A stretch of DNA of 64,000 bases from an uncultured Bacteroidales bacterium (GTDB taxonomy: Bacteria > Bacteroidota > Bacteroidia > Bacteroidales > FEN-979), in assembly GCA_903887775.1 (NCBI GenBank), contig CAISRB010000013.1, forward strand, positions 3,074-67,073, given 5' to 3'. A model generated the notes under the pieces. That model did no database searches, had not been told where the DNA came from, and was given only the letters and a program-made list of their open reading frames with translations. Numbering within the stretch: the first letter of the stretch is position 1; each line of letters opens with the position of its first letter. This document shows, one piece after another, positions 20,955 through 31,055 of the stretch. Position numbers and translations under genes: made by a program.

Positions 20955-21572
20955 TCAGCGGGTTTTAGTTTCAGTTTTGATCATGTTTCCGGAAACATTC
21001 CAGAAATCCATTATATCCATATTAACAAAAACAACATTAACCTTCCCGTATCCGGCCGGTTGAGAGTTCATTGCCGAACCGGAAATTTTAAAGCTTGACT
21101 CATTGAACTTTCCCATGAATTTTGCCCAGAAAATAACACAGGTGAAGGCATATTTGGAAGGATCCAGATTCACTTTTTCACCAACCGGAAGAAGGTTCCT
21201 TCTGAGCATTTCAAATGTAGTCATGGAGTCTATCCTGTATGTCTGGTTGATTTTCAGGTTACCTGCAAAGTCAGTTTCAACGCCGGAGCAGAAGGTTGAA
21301 TCCTGGGTGATAATGCGATAACCGGCAGAATTATAAAACTGTGACCTTCCCGGCAGATTTTTATTTTTGAACCAATCAACCAGAGATGCCGAATCCCTGA
21401 AAACACAAAGATATTCGGCATCACGCGGAGAATACTGATAAAGTGCTTTTCTTACCGATTCAAGGGTTTCGATGCGTGGATCTTTAACCTCATACTGTTT
21501 TAAGAGAGCTGATTTACAGGAGCCCAGTCCAATTAATATCAGAGCCCACAGGATACAGAGTTTTTGGTTCAT
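20955..21572 (-). CDS. Hypothetical lipoprotein (possible thioredoxin-like C-terminal fold)
   Basis: Lipobox LGSC; TCVIFWAKFMG...VVFVNMD. Confidence 0.65.
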   Translation of the reverse strand: MNQKLCILWALILIGLGSCKSALLKQYEVKDPRIETLESVRKALYQYSPRDAEYLCVFRDSASLVDWFKNKNLPGRSQFYNSAGYRIITQDSTFCSGVETDFAGNLKINQTYRIDSMTTFEMLRRNLLPVGEKVNLDPSKYAFTCVIFWAKFMGKFNESSFKISGSAMNSQPAGYGKVNVVFVNMDIMDFWNVSGNMIKTETKTR

Positions 21573-21616
21573 GGCATTAAGATGTTAAGGCAAAGAATTC
21601 AATATTATGTTTTTAT

Positions 21617-21659
21617 TGAGATCCGGCGGAAAAAACTCCGTTTTTTCCGCCGGATCTCA
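21617..21659. terminator. Perfect 20-bp stem hairpin (terminator or mRNA stabiliser)
   Basis: TGAGATCCGGCGGAAAAAAC-TCC-GTTTTTTCCGCCGGATCTCA. Confidence 0.6.
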
Positions 21660-21703
21660 TATTTCGCAAGCCCGGGAAATAGTTCCTCCCATACACAGAA
21701 TTA

Positions 21704-22204
21704 TTAATATGTTAGTGCAACGGTATATGTAAGGGCAGATGCATCATAAACAACGGGGTATGAACCAGGTTTTATTGTAAGCTGACGGGTCGCACCAAGC
21801 TGTCGTGTAACGGCATCTGAGAATGTATACGGATCTTCCAGCGTGATCGATCCCTTTTTGAAATACGGAAGGGCAAATCCGTTCTCATAATTCAGCAGAT
21901 CTTCCTCGGTGACTTTCAGTTCAATCTGCCCCCCGGCACTGATCCTTGCCTGGGCCGGACAAAGTGCAGCAGCATATCCTGTGGATCCTGTGGCTTTGTC
22001 GGTTCCGACTTGAAACTCTATACAAATCCCAAACCCTGACTGGCATTGGAGCTTTGGACGATGAAAATTGATAATGATCTTCACCCATACCGAGAGCGAA
22101 GCTGAAGGATTTGGGTTCAGGTTGACTTTTCCGGAATTTATGGCCTGCACAGTGCCGGCTAACATCAAGATGCTTAATAAGCAAACAGTAATAATCTTTT
22201 TCAT
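21704..22204 (-). CDS. Hypothetical secreted protein with CxxGFGIC-like motif
   Basis: Signal peptide MKKIITVCLLSILMLAGTVQA; FHRPKLQCQSGFGIC. Confidence 0.7.
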   Translation of the reverse strand: MKKIITVCLLSILMLAGTVQAINSGKVNLNPNPSASLSVWVKIIINFHRPKLQCQSGFGICIEFQVGTDKATGSTGYAAALCPAQARISAGGQIELKVTEEDLLNYENGFALPYFKKGSITLEDPYTFSDAVTRQLGATRQLTIKPGSYPVVYDASALTYTVALTY

Positions 22205-22470
22205 GGCTTTCAGGTTTTGTTTTCTCAGCTCCTTTACCGGGGAGCGGTTCCGCGGGCCTTGTTTGTTTCAGGGAAAGGCTTTCATCCCTTGATTAGTTAT
22301 TCTTTATCTGCGGCCCTTCTTTTCAACTCGTATCCACAAAAACCCCCTTTCTTTTCCCTCTTAATCCGTCTTATACCTGAAAGTGATACGATATCTGTGA
22401 AAAAATATTTAATTCAATAAGAATCATTATTTTAGATAAAGTACTTGGAAATTATCCAAAAAATTTTTAG

Positions 22471-22478
22471 TATCTTTG
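22471..22478 (+). promoter_or_regulatory. -7 element (TATCTTTG) for the glycogen synthase-DUF4270-glmS operon
   Basis: TAnnTTTG about 40 nt upstream of ATG 22518. Confidence 0.6.
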
Positions 22479-22517
22479 CAGCCTGTTTTGAATAAAGGTA
22501 AAAAATCATCGGAAAAT

Positions 22518-23345
22518 ATGGAAAAAACAAAAGTTCTTTTTGTTACACAAGAAATTACGCCGTATCTCAAAGACAGCCATATGGGTATGATCGGGCGTTA
22601 TCTTCCACAGGGAATCCAGGAGAAGGGAAGAGAGATCCGAACATTTATGCCTCGTTATGGGAATATCAACGAAAGACGAAATCAGCTTCACGAAGTCATC
22701 CGCTTATCAGGGATGAACCTTATCATTGACGATACGGACCATCCGCTGATCATAAAAGTCGCCTCAATACAGCAGGCAAGGATGCAGATCTATTTTATCG
22801 ATAATGAAGATTATTTTCAAAGGAAATATACCTTTCACGATAAGAATAATAAATTTTTTCCTGATAACGACGAAAGGTCGATCTTTTACTCAAGGGGTGT
22901 TATAGAAACTGTTAAAAAACTCGGCTGGGGACCTGATATAATTCACTGCCACGGATGGATGGCAAGCCTTGTACCTCTTTATATCAAAAAGGCATACTGC
23001 GATAACCCGCTATTCTCTGATACAAAGATCATTATTTCGCTGTATGATGACGATTTCACAGAAATCATGAACAAGAACTTTGGCGAAAAGGTCAGACTGG
23101 ATGGAATAAATGTTAAAGATCTCAAACACTATAAAACGGCAAACTTCGTTAATCTGATGAAGTCAGCGATAGATTTCTCCGATGGCGTTATTATTGGATC
23201 ACCATCTGTTAACCCTGAATTAATGGATTACCTGAAAAGCACAGATAAACCTTTCCTCAGCTTCCAGCCTATGGATAAGTATGTGGATGCGTTTTCCGAT
23301 TTCTATGACGAGCTCCTTGTCGCTGAGCCTGTTTCAGTTGATTAA
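22518..23345 (+). CDS. Glycogen/starch synthase catalytic-domain protein (GT5 N-domain only, Bacteroidota type)
   Basis: IRTFMPRYG, NERRNQLHEVIRLSG and PDIIHCHGW. Confidence 0.88.
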   Translation: MEKTKVLFVTQEITPYLKDSHMGMIGRYLPQGIQEKGREIRTFMPRYGNINERRNQLHEVIRLSGMNLIIDDTDHPLIIKVASIQQARMQIYFIDNEDYFQRKYTFHDKNNKFFPDNDERSIFYSRGVIETVKKLGWGPDIIHCHGWMASLVPLYIKKAYCDNPLFSDTKIIISLYDDDFTEIMNKNFGEKVRLDGINVKDLKHYKTANFVNLMKSAIDFSDGVIIGSPSVNPELMDYLKSTDKPFLSFQPMDKYVDAFSDFYDELLVAEPVSVD

Positions 23346-23365
23346 CTAAAAGATCCCTTACTGCC

Positions 23366-24712
23366 TTGAACTCAAAACTTCGTTTTCTCCTGGCATCACT
23401 TGTGCTTTCCATGCTGACGTTCATGGTGCTTTTTTCATGTAAAAAAGATCCCTATGCAATTGGAATTGACCTCCTGCCACCAAGTGATACCCTGAAGGTT
23501 AAAACTACCGATACCTGTACCGTTATTGCCCATACTGAACGGGTTGATTCCATTTCGACCAGCAACTGCTCTGCCCTTTCACTTGGCAGCATTTCCGACC
23601 CGGTTTTCGGCAATTCAACCGTCAGTCTATATACCCAATTTCAACCATCTTCCTCTTCTGTTGATTTTGGCACTGCGCCTGCAGTGGACTCTCTGATACT
23701 CATGCTGTATTATTCGGGTCATTACGGGGATACTTTGACACAGCAGAGAATACGGGTGTTTGAGCTGGCCGAAGATCTCCATCTTGACTCAGGGTATTAT
23801 TCCAACAGGCAGATGCAGGTTTATCCCAACCTTCTCGCTGATATGTCATTCAAACCCAGGCCCACCGACAGTGTCAAGGTTGGAAGCACAATGTATTCGG
23901 CCCACATCAGGATCAACCTGAGCAAACTTAACAGTTATCTGGCAAATAAATTACTTTATGGCCCGGCTTCAGTCTATCTCACGTCAGCCATGTTCAATAC
24001 TTTTATGAAAGGTCTTTATATTGAAACCCAGCCAGTGAATAATGGAGGAGCCTTGCTGAATTTCGATATTTCACAGAGTCTTTCCAAAATGATGCTGTTC
24101 TTTCATAACCAGACGACAGATTCATTGAGTTATTCCTTCCTGCTTAATACGGGTTGCGCGAGATACCTTCATATCGATCATAATAACTATTTTAATGCTG
24201 AGCAGGGCTTTAAACAGCAGATATTAAACCGTGATACCCTGCTTGGCCAGAACCTGCTTTACCTGGAAGGGCTTGGCGGGACGAGGATCAAGTTTCGCAT
24301 GCCCTATATAATGAATCTTGCTAAGAACCAGAAGATCGCTATCAATGATGCCTTACTGCTGTTTGAAAACCCTTCGACCGATACGACCCTTAAACCTCCG
24401 CCAAACCTGATTCTGATTCGTGACAGCTCAGGGCTGGTTGGTTCTGTAATTGATGAGCTCGAAGGCTTGAACTATTTCGGGGGTATGTATAATTCGACAA
24501 ACAGGACTTACTACTTCCGTCTTACCCGTCATATCCAGAAACTCATCACCGGTTATTATTCCATAAACCGTGAACTGTATATCCAGGTCAATGATCCGCT
24601 TTCAAATATCATCTACCCGAACCGCGTCACGATCAACGGTTATAAACCTGCAATACCGGGAGCTGCCTCATCCAGGTTCAGGTTGCAGATTACTTATACC
24701 CTGCTGAATTGA
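23366..24712 (+). CDS. DUF4270-family lipoprotein
   Basis: Lipobox FSC, LGSISDPVFG and C-terminal LQITYT; conserved position between glycogen synthase and glmS. Confidence 0.75.
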   Translation: MNSKLRFLLASLVLSMLTFMVLFSCKKDPYAIGIDLLPPSDTLKVKTTDTCTVIAHTERVDSISTSNCSALSLGSISDPVFGNSTVSLYTQFQPSSSSVDFGTAPAVDSLILMLYYSGHYGDTLTQQRIRVFELAEDLHLDSGYYSNRQMQVYPNLLADMSFKPRPTDSVKVGSTMYSAHIRINLSKLNSYLANKLLYGPASVYLTSAMFNTFMKGLYIETQPVNNGGALLNFDISQSLSKMMLFFHNQTTDSLSYSFLLNTGCARYLHIDHNNYFNAEQGFKQQILNRDTLLGQNLLYLEGLGGTRIKFRMPYIMNLAKNQKIAINDALLLFENPSTDTTLKPPPNLILIRDSSGLVGSVIDELEGLNYFGGMYNSTNRTYYFRLTRHIQKLITGYYSINRELYIQVNDPLSNIIYPNRVTINGYKPAIPGAASSRFRLQITYTLLN

Positions 24713-24759
24713 TACATCAGTTTGTAATCTCTTATTTTTAAATGTAAAATAGTTTTATT

Positions 24760-26598
24760 ATGTGCGGAATTGTTGCATATATTGGTCCCAGGCCTGCATA
24801 TCCCATCCTGATCAAAGGACTTCACCGGCTTGAATACAGGGGGTACGACAGTGCCGGGCTCTGCCTGTTAAATGGCGAACTGAAAGTATGGAAATGCAAA
24901 GGCAGGGTTGCGGAACTTGAAAACTTTATTAATGGCGAGGATCTTGCCGGGACTGTTGGAATGGCTCATACCCGATGGGCTACGCATGGTGAACCTAACC
25001 AGGTTAATGCACATCCGCATTATTCGCAGAGTAAACATCTTTCAATCATTCATAATGGTATTATTGAGAATTACCTGGTCCTTCGCAAGGAATTACAGCA
25101 GAGAGGTTTTAACTTCTGCAGTGACACCGATACCGAAGTCCTGATTCACCTTATCGAAGATATCCAGCAGAATGAGAATGTAGCTATTGAAGAAGCCGTG
25201 CGCATTGCACTTACCCAGGTGATTGGTGCGTATGCTATTGTTGTCATGTCACAGGACAATCCCGATAAGATCATTGCTGCACGCAAGGGAAGCCCTATGG
25301 TGATAGGTATTGGAAAAGATGAGTATTTTGTAGCATCTGATGCCACTCCTATTATAGAATATACCGATAACGTTGTCTTTATGAACGATGAGGAAATTGC
25401 TGTCCTCGAACGTAACCGGCAACTTGTCATGAAGACTATCCGTAACCAGGCCAGAACACCATATATCCAGAAACTGGAGATGAGCCTGACTGCTATCGAG
25501 AAGGGAGGTTTTCCTCATTTCATGCTAAAGGAGATTTTTGAACAGCCCCATTCTATCCAGGATTCTATGCGCGGCCGTTTGCATCTTGACAGTGATACCG
25601 TCACCCTGGGCGGGATCAGTGATTATATTCCGAAATTACTGAATGCCGAACGAATCATCATTACTGCCTGTGGCACATCCTGGCATGCAGGTCTGGTGGG
25701 CGAATACATTATTGAGGATCTGGCCCGCATTCCGGTTGAAGTTGAATATTCTTCCGAATTTCGTTACCGTAACCCGGTAATCAGTGAAAAAGACGTTGTT
25801 ATTGCAATCTCTCAATCGGGTGAAACCGCCGATACACTTGCCGCTATTGAACTCGCAAAATCAAAAGGCGCGACTGTACTGGGTATTTGTAATGTTGTAG
25901 GATCATCCATTGCACGTGCAACTCATGCAGGAGTTTATACCCATGCCGGGCCCGAGATCGGGGTGGCATCAACAAAAGCATTCACCTCCCAGGTAGTTGT
26001 TTTAACCCTGATCGGACTCCTTCTGGCCGAAAAGAAAGGGACCATTGCCGAATCCCAGTTGCATAAACTCAGGCTTGAACTGGGACTCATTCCTTCGAAG
26101 GTTGAGAAGATTTTACAACGATCCGATGAAATCAGGGAAATTGCGAAAATATACAAAGACCGTACGAATGCACTTTACCTTGGCCGTGGCTATAATTTTC
26201 CTGTAGCACTTGAAGGCGCACTCAAACTCAAGGAGATTTCATATATTCATGCCGAAGGATATCCTGCTGCTGAAATGAAACACGGCCCTATCGCTCTTAT
26301 CGATAAAAACATGCCGGTGGTATTCATTGCTCCCAAACGGGGAACTTATGAGAAAGTGATTTCGAATATTGAAGAAGTGAGAGCACGGAAAGGCAACATC
26401 ATCGCCATCATCACTGAAGGTGACGAGAGTGTGAAAAAAATGGCCGATCACTATATTGAGATCCCCGATACGGAAGAGATGCTGATACCGCTGCTCGCTA
26501 CAGTGCCTTTGCAACTTCTGTCTTACTATGTGGCTGTCATGCGTAACTGCAACGTGGACCAGCCAAGGAATCTGGCAAAATCGGTTACAGTCGAGTAG
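24760..26598 (+). CDS. glmS: Glutamine--fructose-6-phosphate transaminase (isomerizing)
   Basis: MCGIV, RLEYRGYDSAG, HTRWATHG, SQSGETADT and PRNLAKSVTVE. Confidence 0.98.
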   Translation: MCGIVAYIGPRPAYPILIKGLHRLEYRGYDSAGLCLLNGELKVWKCKGRVAELENFINGEDLAGTVGMAHTRWATHGEPNQVNAHPHYSQSKHLSIIHNGIIENYLVLRKELQQRGFNFCSDTDTEVLIHLIEDIQQNENVAIEEAVRIALTQVIGAYAIVVMSQDNPDKIIAARKGSPMVIGIGKDEYFVASDATPIIEYTDNVVFMNDEEIAVLERNRQLVMKTIRNQARTPYIQKLEMSLTAIEKGGFPHFMLKEIFEQPHSIQDSMRGRLHLDSDTVTLGGISDYIPKLLNAERIIITACGTSWHAGLVGEYIIEDLARIPVEVEYSSEFRYRNPVISEKDVVIAISQSGETADTLAAIELAKSKGATVLGICNVVGSSIARATHAGVYTHAGPEIGVASTKAFTSQVVVLTLIGLLLAEKKGTIAESQLHKLRLELGLIPSKVEKILQRSDEIREIAKIYKDRTNALYLGRGYNFPVALEGALKLKEISYIHAEGYPAAEMKHGPIALIDKNMPVVFIAPKRGTYEKVISNIEEVRARKGNIIAIITEGDESVKKMADHYIEIPDTEEMLIPLLATVPLQLLSYYVAVMRNCNVDQPRNLAKSVTVE

Positions 26599-27163
26599 CC
26601 ACTGCAGCCCAGTCAACCAGCTTCCAGAAATCAGCAATATAATCAGGGCGTGCATTACGCTTATCAATATAATAAGCGTGTTCCCATACATCACAGGTCA
26701 GAATCGGGATTGCCCCACCGCCTCTCAGAGGATTACCGGCATTGCTTTCCTGGACAATCTCAAGGGCCCCGCTTTCTTTTTTTATGAGCCAGGCCCAGCC
26801 TGAACCGAAAAGAGTGGCAGCGGCATTTGAGAACTTATCCTTGAACTCGCCGAAAGAACCGAAATTCTTCTGAAGAGCGACTGCAAGGGCTCCGGCCGGC
26901 TCACCTCCACCCTCCGGCTTCAGACAGTTCCAGTAAAATGTGTGGTTCCACACCTGTGCGCCATTGTTAAAAATCCCGCCGGATGCTTTGCGAATAATGT
27001 CTTCCAGGGAGGAATTTTCAAATTCTGTCCCGGGAACCAGTTTGTTCAGGTTGTTCACATAGGCCTGATGATGCTTACCATAATGATATTCTATCGTGGC
27101 CTTTGAAATATAGGGTTCCAATGCATCCCATGCATATGGAAGTTTAGGAAGTTCATGTACCAT
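26585..27163 (-). CDS. sodB: Fe/Mn superoxide dismutase
   Basis: HYGKHHQAY, AQVWNHTFYW, FGSGWAW and DVWEHAYY; -7 element TATCTTTG at 27192-27199. The 3' end overlaps glmS by 14 nt. Confidence 0.95.
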   Translation of the reverse strand: MVHELPKLPYAWDALEPYISKATIEYHYGKHHQAYVNNLNKLVPGTEFENSSLEDIIRKASGGIFNNGAQVWNHTFYWNCLKPEGGGEPAGALAVALQKNFGSFGEFKDKFSNAAATLFGSGWAWLIKKESGALEIVQESNAGNPLRGGGAIPILTCDVWEHAYYIDKRNARPDYIADFWKLVDWAAVATRL

Positions 27164-27223
27164 ACTAATTGTTTTTTTTTATTATATGTTGCAAAGATAC
27201 AAAGGATCTGCCTGAAAATAAAA

Positions 27224-28831
27224 TTATTTAGAATGATTCTTGACAATTTCGACGGCTTTTAAAAATGCAGGGTCAATTGTATTCAGTATAGGATAAAATC
27301 CTTCATTGTCAAGAATATTCCTGCCGATATAGGCTTTGATAAGGACCCTGGCCTTGTGGTCACTCTCAGCCAGGTTCTTTCCTTCATGCTTTAGTCCTTT
27401 CTTCAGCGAATAGGCCAGGAAATCAGCATATAAGGCATCGTTGATCTGAAAGATTCTTTCAAAATCGTCTATGTTTTTATAGTGGTTCAGCTGTGACCTG
27501 TACTTGTCGGTATAATCAAAGGACCACTGAAAGATCAACCCTTTATTAACTGCAAGGTTGTAAAATTTCAGTGTGGAATCCTTTTCAATGGGAATAAAGA
27601 TATCGGGCATAATGCCGCCACCCCCGTAAACAACTTTCCCGGAAAGGGTTTTAAATTTCAGGGAATCCGGGAATTTAATGCTGTCGGCATGTTCCAGTTC
27701 TCCATTCGTATACCGGTGGTAATAATCGGCATTATACTTATCCAGTCCTTCTTTGTATGATTTCTGGATACAGCGTCCGCTGGGAGTATAGTAACGTGCA
27801 ACCGTAAGTCTCACTGCGCTGCCGTCTTTCATATTGAGCTGTTCCTGCACAAGCCCTTTGCCAAAAGAACGTCTTCCCAACACAATCCCCCTGTCATTAT
27901 CCTGAAGTGCTCCTGTAACGATCTCAGCGGCAGAAGCCGAGAATTCATCGATCATAACAAGCAAGGCGCCTTGTTCAAACAAACCCTGGTCATCAGAATA
28001 AAATTCTTCCTTTGAATGGTTGGCCCCTTTTGTATAAACGATAAGCCTCCCTTTAGGCAGGAACTCATCGGTGAGGTCAACGGCAGCGGTAAGGTAACCG
28101 CCCCCGTTCCCTCTGAGGTCAAGGATGAGACTCTTCATCCCATTCTTTTTCAGCTGCTCCAGGGCTGTATGCACCTCATCATGGGTCGTTGCCGAAAAAT
28201 TATTGAGCTTAATATATCCAATCCCGGGTTCAGCAAGGTAGGCGATATCCATGCTGTAAGTGGGGATGACATCCCTCGTAATAGTATAATCAATCAGGTC
28301 TTTAACGCCCCTGCGGAAAATGCTTATGTTGACCTGCGTCCCCTTTGGCCCTTTTAACTTCCGCATAACATCATTGGTCGGGATCTTTATCCCGGCCACA
28401 TTCTTTCCTTCAATCTTCACGATACGGTCCCCTGCTTTGATGCCCAGTTTCTCCGATGGTCCGTTAGCCACCGGGAGGATCACGGTCACAGTATCATTTT
28501 CTATTCTGAACTGCACCCCGATGCCTTCAAAACTGCCAAGAAGAGGATCGGTGGCATCATGAAATTCAGCAGGAGTGATATACGTTGAATGAGGATCAAG
28601 GCTCTCCAGTAAACCCGTGATTGCTTTCTCTTCAAGCCGGACTTTTCCTATAGTATCCACATAATTCTTCTGAATGTACTGCAAAACCTGGTTTAATTTG
28701 CCTGAACCCTGTGTCTTGAACAAGCTGTTACCGGGTGCATGGTTGTACAACCAAATACCCAGAAACATCCCTGCGATCAACACCAGGGCAAACCAGATCG
28801 GCATATAAGGGTTTACTTTTTTCTTTTCCAT
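27224..28831 (-). CDS. S41A C-terminal processing protease (CtpA/Prc-like, with PDZ)
   Basis: N-terminal TM, LDPHSTY, GIGV PDZ, LDLRGNGGG, SASAAEI, SFGKG and ARYYTPSG. Confidence 0.93.
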   Translation of the reverse strand: MEKKKVNPYMPIWFALVLIAGMFLGIWLYNHAPGNSLFKTQGSGKLNQVLQYIQKNYVDTIGKVRLEEKAITGLLESLDPHSTYITPAEFHDATDPLLGSFEGIGVQFRIENDTVTVILPVANGPSEKLGIKAGDRIVKIEGKNVAGIKIPTNDVMRKLKGPKGTQVNISIFRRGVKDLIDYTITRDVIPTYSMDIAYLAEPGIGYIKLNNFSATTHDEVHTALEQLKKNGMKSLILDLRGNGGGYLTAAVDLTDEFLPKGRLIVYTKGANHSKEEFYSDDQGLFEQGALLVMIDEFSASAAEIVTGALQDNDRGIVLGRRSFGKGLVQEQLNMKDGSAVRLTVARYYTPSGRCIQKSYKEGLDKYNADYYHRYTNGELEHADSIKFPDSLKFKTLSGKVVYGGGGIMPDIFIPIEKDSTLKFYNLAVNKGLIFQWSFDYTDKYRSQLNHYKNIDDFERIFQINDALYADFLAYSLKKGLKHEGKNLAESDHKARVLIKAYIGRNILDNEGFYPILNTIDPAFLKAVEIVKNHSK

Positions 28832-28850
28832 TATTAAAAATTATTACCAG

Positions 28851-28943
28851 TTCGTATAGGCTTCCGCTCGCAACTTTGCTTCGCGGCTGCGGTGTCGCTT
28901 TCGCTCACTGTACCTGAGGCCGCATTCGCAAAATGCTCACTCA
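28851..28943 (-). other. GC-rich multi-hairpin intergenic element (REP-like or structured RNA)
   Basis: Minus strand reads GCATT-TTGCG-AATGC, GTGAGC-GAAA-GCGACAC and CCGCGAAGCAA-AG-TTGCGAGCGG. Confidence 0.45.
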
Positions 28944-29324
28944 TTATTCATTTACAACTGCCACGCTATCAACGAAATATTCTGTATCGCCCCGCCAGAA
29001 TAGCTTTCCATTCTTTTCAGAATAATGAACCCTTACAAAGCTGCCTTCAAGGTGAGAAAGCTTCTCTGCAGCCACTTTATCCGTTACGGAAAACAGAAAC
29101 TTCTCTGATGCCAGGGCGACATTCTGGCTGCTTTTTACACTGCTCAGGATCATCTCCCCTTCCCAGGTCTTAAACACCTGCCCGCGTTTCGAGAATTTTT
29201 GCAGTAAACCTGCCCTGTTTCCTTCACTGTAGGTGAAGAAATATTTCCAGTAAATAAATGCTGCAAAAACAATCAGCAATATTAAAATAGACCAGGTATA
29301 GAACTTCTTTATCTTCGATTTCAT
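28944..29324 (-). CDS. Conserved Bacteroidota membrane-anchored hypothetical protein
   Basis: N-terminal TM; YSEGNRAGLLQKFSKRG..FKTWEG and WRGDTEYFVD. Confidence 0.75.
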   Translation of the reverse strand: MKSKIKKFYTWSILILLIVFAAFIYWKYFFTYSEGNRAGLLQKFSKRGQVFKTWEGEMILSSVKSSQNVALASEKFLFSVTDKVAAEKLSHLEGSFVRVHYSEKNGKLFWRGDTEYFVDSVAVVNE

Positions 29325-29562
29325 CTGTTAAGATTTATGTTTTTACAAATTGGTCAGATGGAATACCCATATTATCATTTCCGGTTTGTTTGACCGCAGT
29401 TAGGATGGGTATTTCATGGTATTGAAATTTAACATACAAACATAAGGATTTGCAACGGTAAAAAAAATTCAGAACCTGATTTTCGGGCAGAAAAAACTGA
29501 TGTATCTAATTGAAGAACCTCCCCCTGAATTATTATCTTCGCCAAAAAAAACTGATCAATCC

Positions 29563-30633
29563 ATGATAAACGTTTTACTCACAGGGGGATCCGGCTTTCT
29601 CGGGAAATTCATCATCGAAGAACTGCTCTCCCCTGATCCTGCTCTCCCTTTTAAATCCTTGCGGATCTTTGATACTGTTGAGTATTCGGGTTCTTCAGAT
29701 AGGCGCATTGAATTTATCAAAGGTGATATTCTCGACCGGAAATCCCTCGACGATGCATGCAAAGGAATTGATGTGGTGCTGCATTCTGCAGCCATTGTTG
29801 ACTGGGGCACTCATCCCCCCGAAAAAGTCTTTGCCGTAAATCTGCAGGGTACTGCTAATGTTGTCAATGCCTGTAAAGTGAATGGCATTAAGGCGCTTGT
29901 CTTCACCAGCTCACTCGATGCTGTATTCGGAGGCAAGCCTCTGGTCAACATAAACGAGAGCATACCCTATCCTTCCGAATATCCCAATATGTATTGCCGC
30001 AGCAAAGGTGAGGCTGAGAAACTCATTTCAGCTGCAAACTGTGAAAGCCTTAAAACTGTAAGCCTGCGTCCGGCTGATATCTGGGGCGAAGGAGATCCCT
30101 TTCACATCGGTTCCCTCCTGGATATGGCTAAAGGAGGATTTTATGTAAGGTTAGGCGACGGCAGCTCAAAGTCCCAGCATGTATATGCCGGGAATATGGC
30201 TGTGGCTCATCTTCAGGCTGCCAAAGCCCTGCTTGATGGGAACAGACGTATTTCCGGGCAGGTTTATTTCATTACCGACTCCGAAGCACACAATTTCTTT
30301 CATTTTTATGATGCTGTTGTCGCAGCTGCAGGTTTCAGGATATGGCCAAAGAATCTCTGGATCCCCAGGCCGATCGCTGAGATACTTGCGGCAATGACTG
30401 AATTTTCGGCAATACTTATCCGCCCTTTCAAAAAAATCAATGTGAAATTCAGCCGGTTTGCCGTGACCTATACCTGCAGTGATTTTACGTTTTCTTCAGA
30501 AAATGCAATAAAAGATTTCGGGTTCAAACCGAAGTACAGCCAGGAGGAGGCCTTCAGAAGGACAGTGGAGTTTTATAAGAAAATGGTGAACTGGCGAGGT
30601 AGCGAAAATCGACATCCGAGATTCAAAAGGTAA
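29563..30633 (+). CDS. NAD-dependent epimerase/dehydratase (3-beta-HSD-like extended SDR)
   Basis: LLTGGSGFLG, HSAA, FTSS, YCRSK (YxxxK) and LRPADIWG. Confidence 0.9.
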   Translation: MINVLLTGGSGFLGKFIIEELLSPDPALPFKSLRIFDTVEYSGSSDRRIEFIKGDILDRKSLDDACKGIDVVLHSAAIVDWGTHPPEKVFAVNLQGTANVVNACKVNGIKALVFTSSLDAVFGGKPLVNINESIPYPSEYPNMYCRSKGEAEKLISAANCESLKTVSLRPADIWGEGDPFHIGSLLDMAKGGFYVRLGDGSSKSQHVYAGNMAVAHLQAAKALLDGNRRISGQVYFITDSEAHNFFHFYDAVVAAAGFRIWPKNLWIPRPIAEILAAMTEFSAILIRPFKKINVKFSRFAVTYTCSDFTFSSENAIKDFGFKPKYSQEEAFRRTVEFYKKMVNWRGSENRHPRFKR

Positions 30634-30958
30634 TGACTTTCCCTTCTTCCTGCAGATACCGTGTTAAGGTATCTCCCATGTATTTTACTTCGATGCCGAG
30701 GGCTCTGATGGCTCCGGTCACGCCATAGGCTTCGGTACATCCGCGGCAAGCCTCAACAGTAATCCCGCTTTGCATTACAAAATCAAGTTCCATCTGCACG
30801 TCCTTATCCTGAGCCAGAAGCCTGGCCGACGGCCCCCATATTACGACATTGATCTCGTCCCACCAGCCCATGCTTTTCGCATCCATCAGGTATACAAAGA
30901 TCATCCTCATGGCTACATCTTTTTCGCCGGTTGACCATACGACATGCAGTTTTTTCAT
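30623..30958 (-). CDS. DsrE-family protein
   Basis: WWDEINVVIWGPS, EACRGC and C-terminal KVITF. Confidence 0.8.
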   Translation of the reverse strand: MKKLHVVWSTGEKDVAMRMIFVYLMDAKSMGWWDEINVVIWGPSARLLAQDKDVQMELDFVMQSGITVEACRGCTEAYGVTGAIRALGIEVKYMGDTLTRYLQEEGKVITF

Positions 30959-31055
30959 GCTGATACGCTTGGTATTTTACTGACAAATGTATTAAAAAAT
31001 CGTGTTGTGATTGCGGGGGCGTCATTCGCTTGCTGCACATGACATCAGCAGAACG

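Noticed and set aside
22518..23345. Truncated glycogen synthase as a pseudogene
   Set aside because: The N-domain-only form next to DUF4270 and glmS is the usual Bacteroidota arrangement.
24713..24759. glmS ribozyme
   Set aside because: The gap is only 47 nt, AT-rich and has no ribozyme core.
26585..26598. 14-nt convergent overlap of glmS and sod
   Set aside because: Short 3' overlaps are common and both C-termini look normal.
29362..29413. Inverted repeat AATACCCAT/ATGGGTATT and a 5-codon uORF (MKYPS)
   Set aside because: A single 9-bp stem with a long loop is too weak to call without conservation data.
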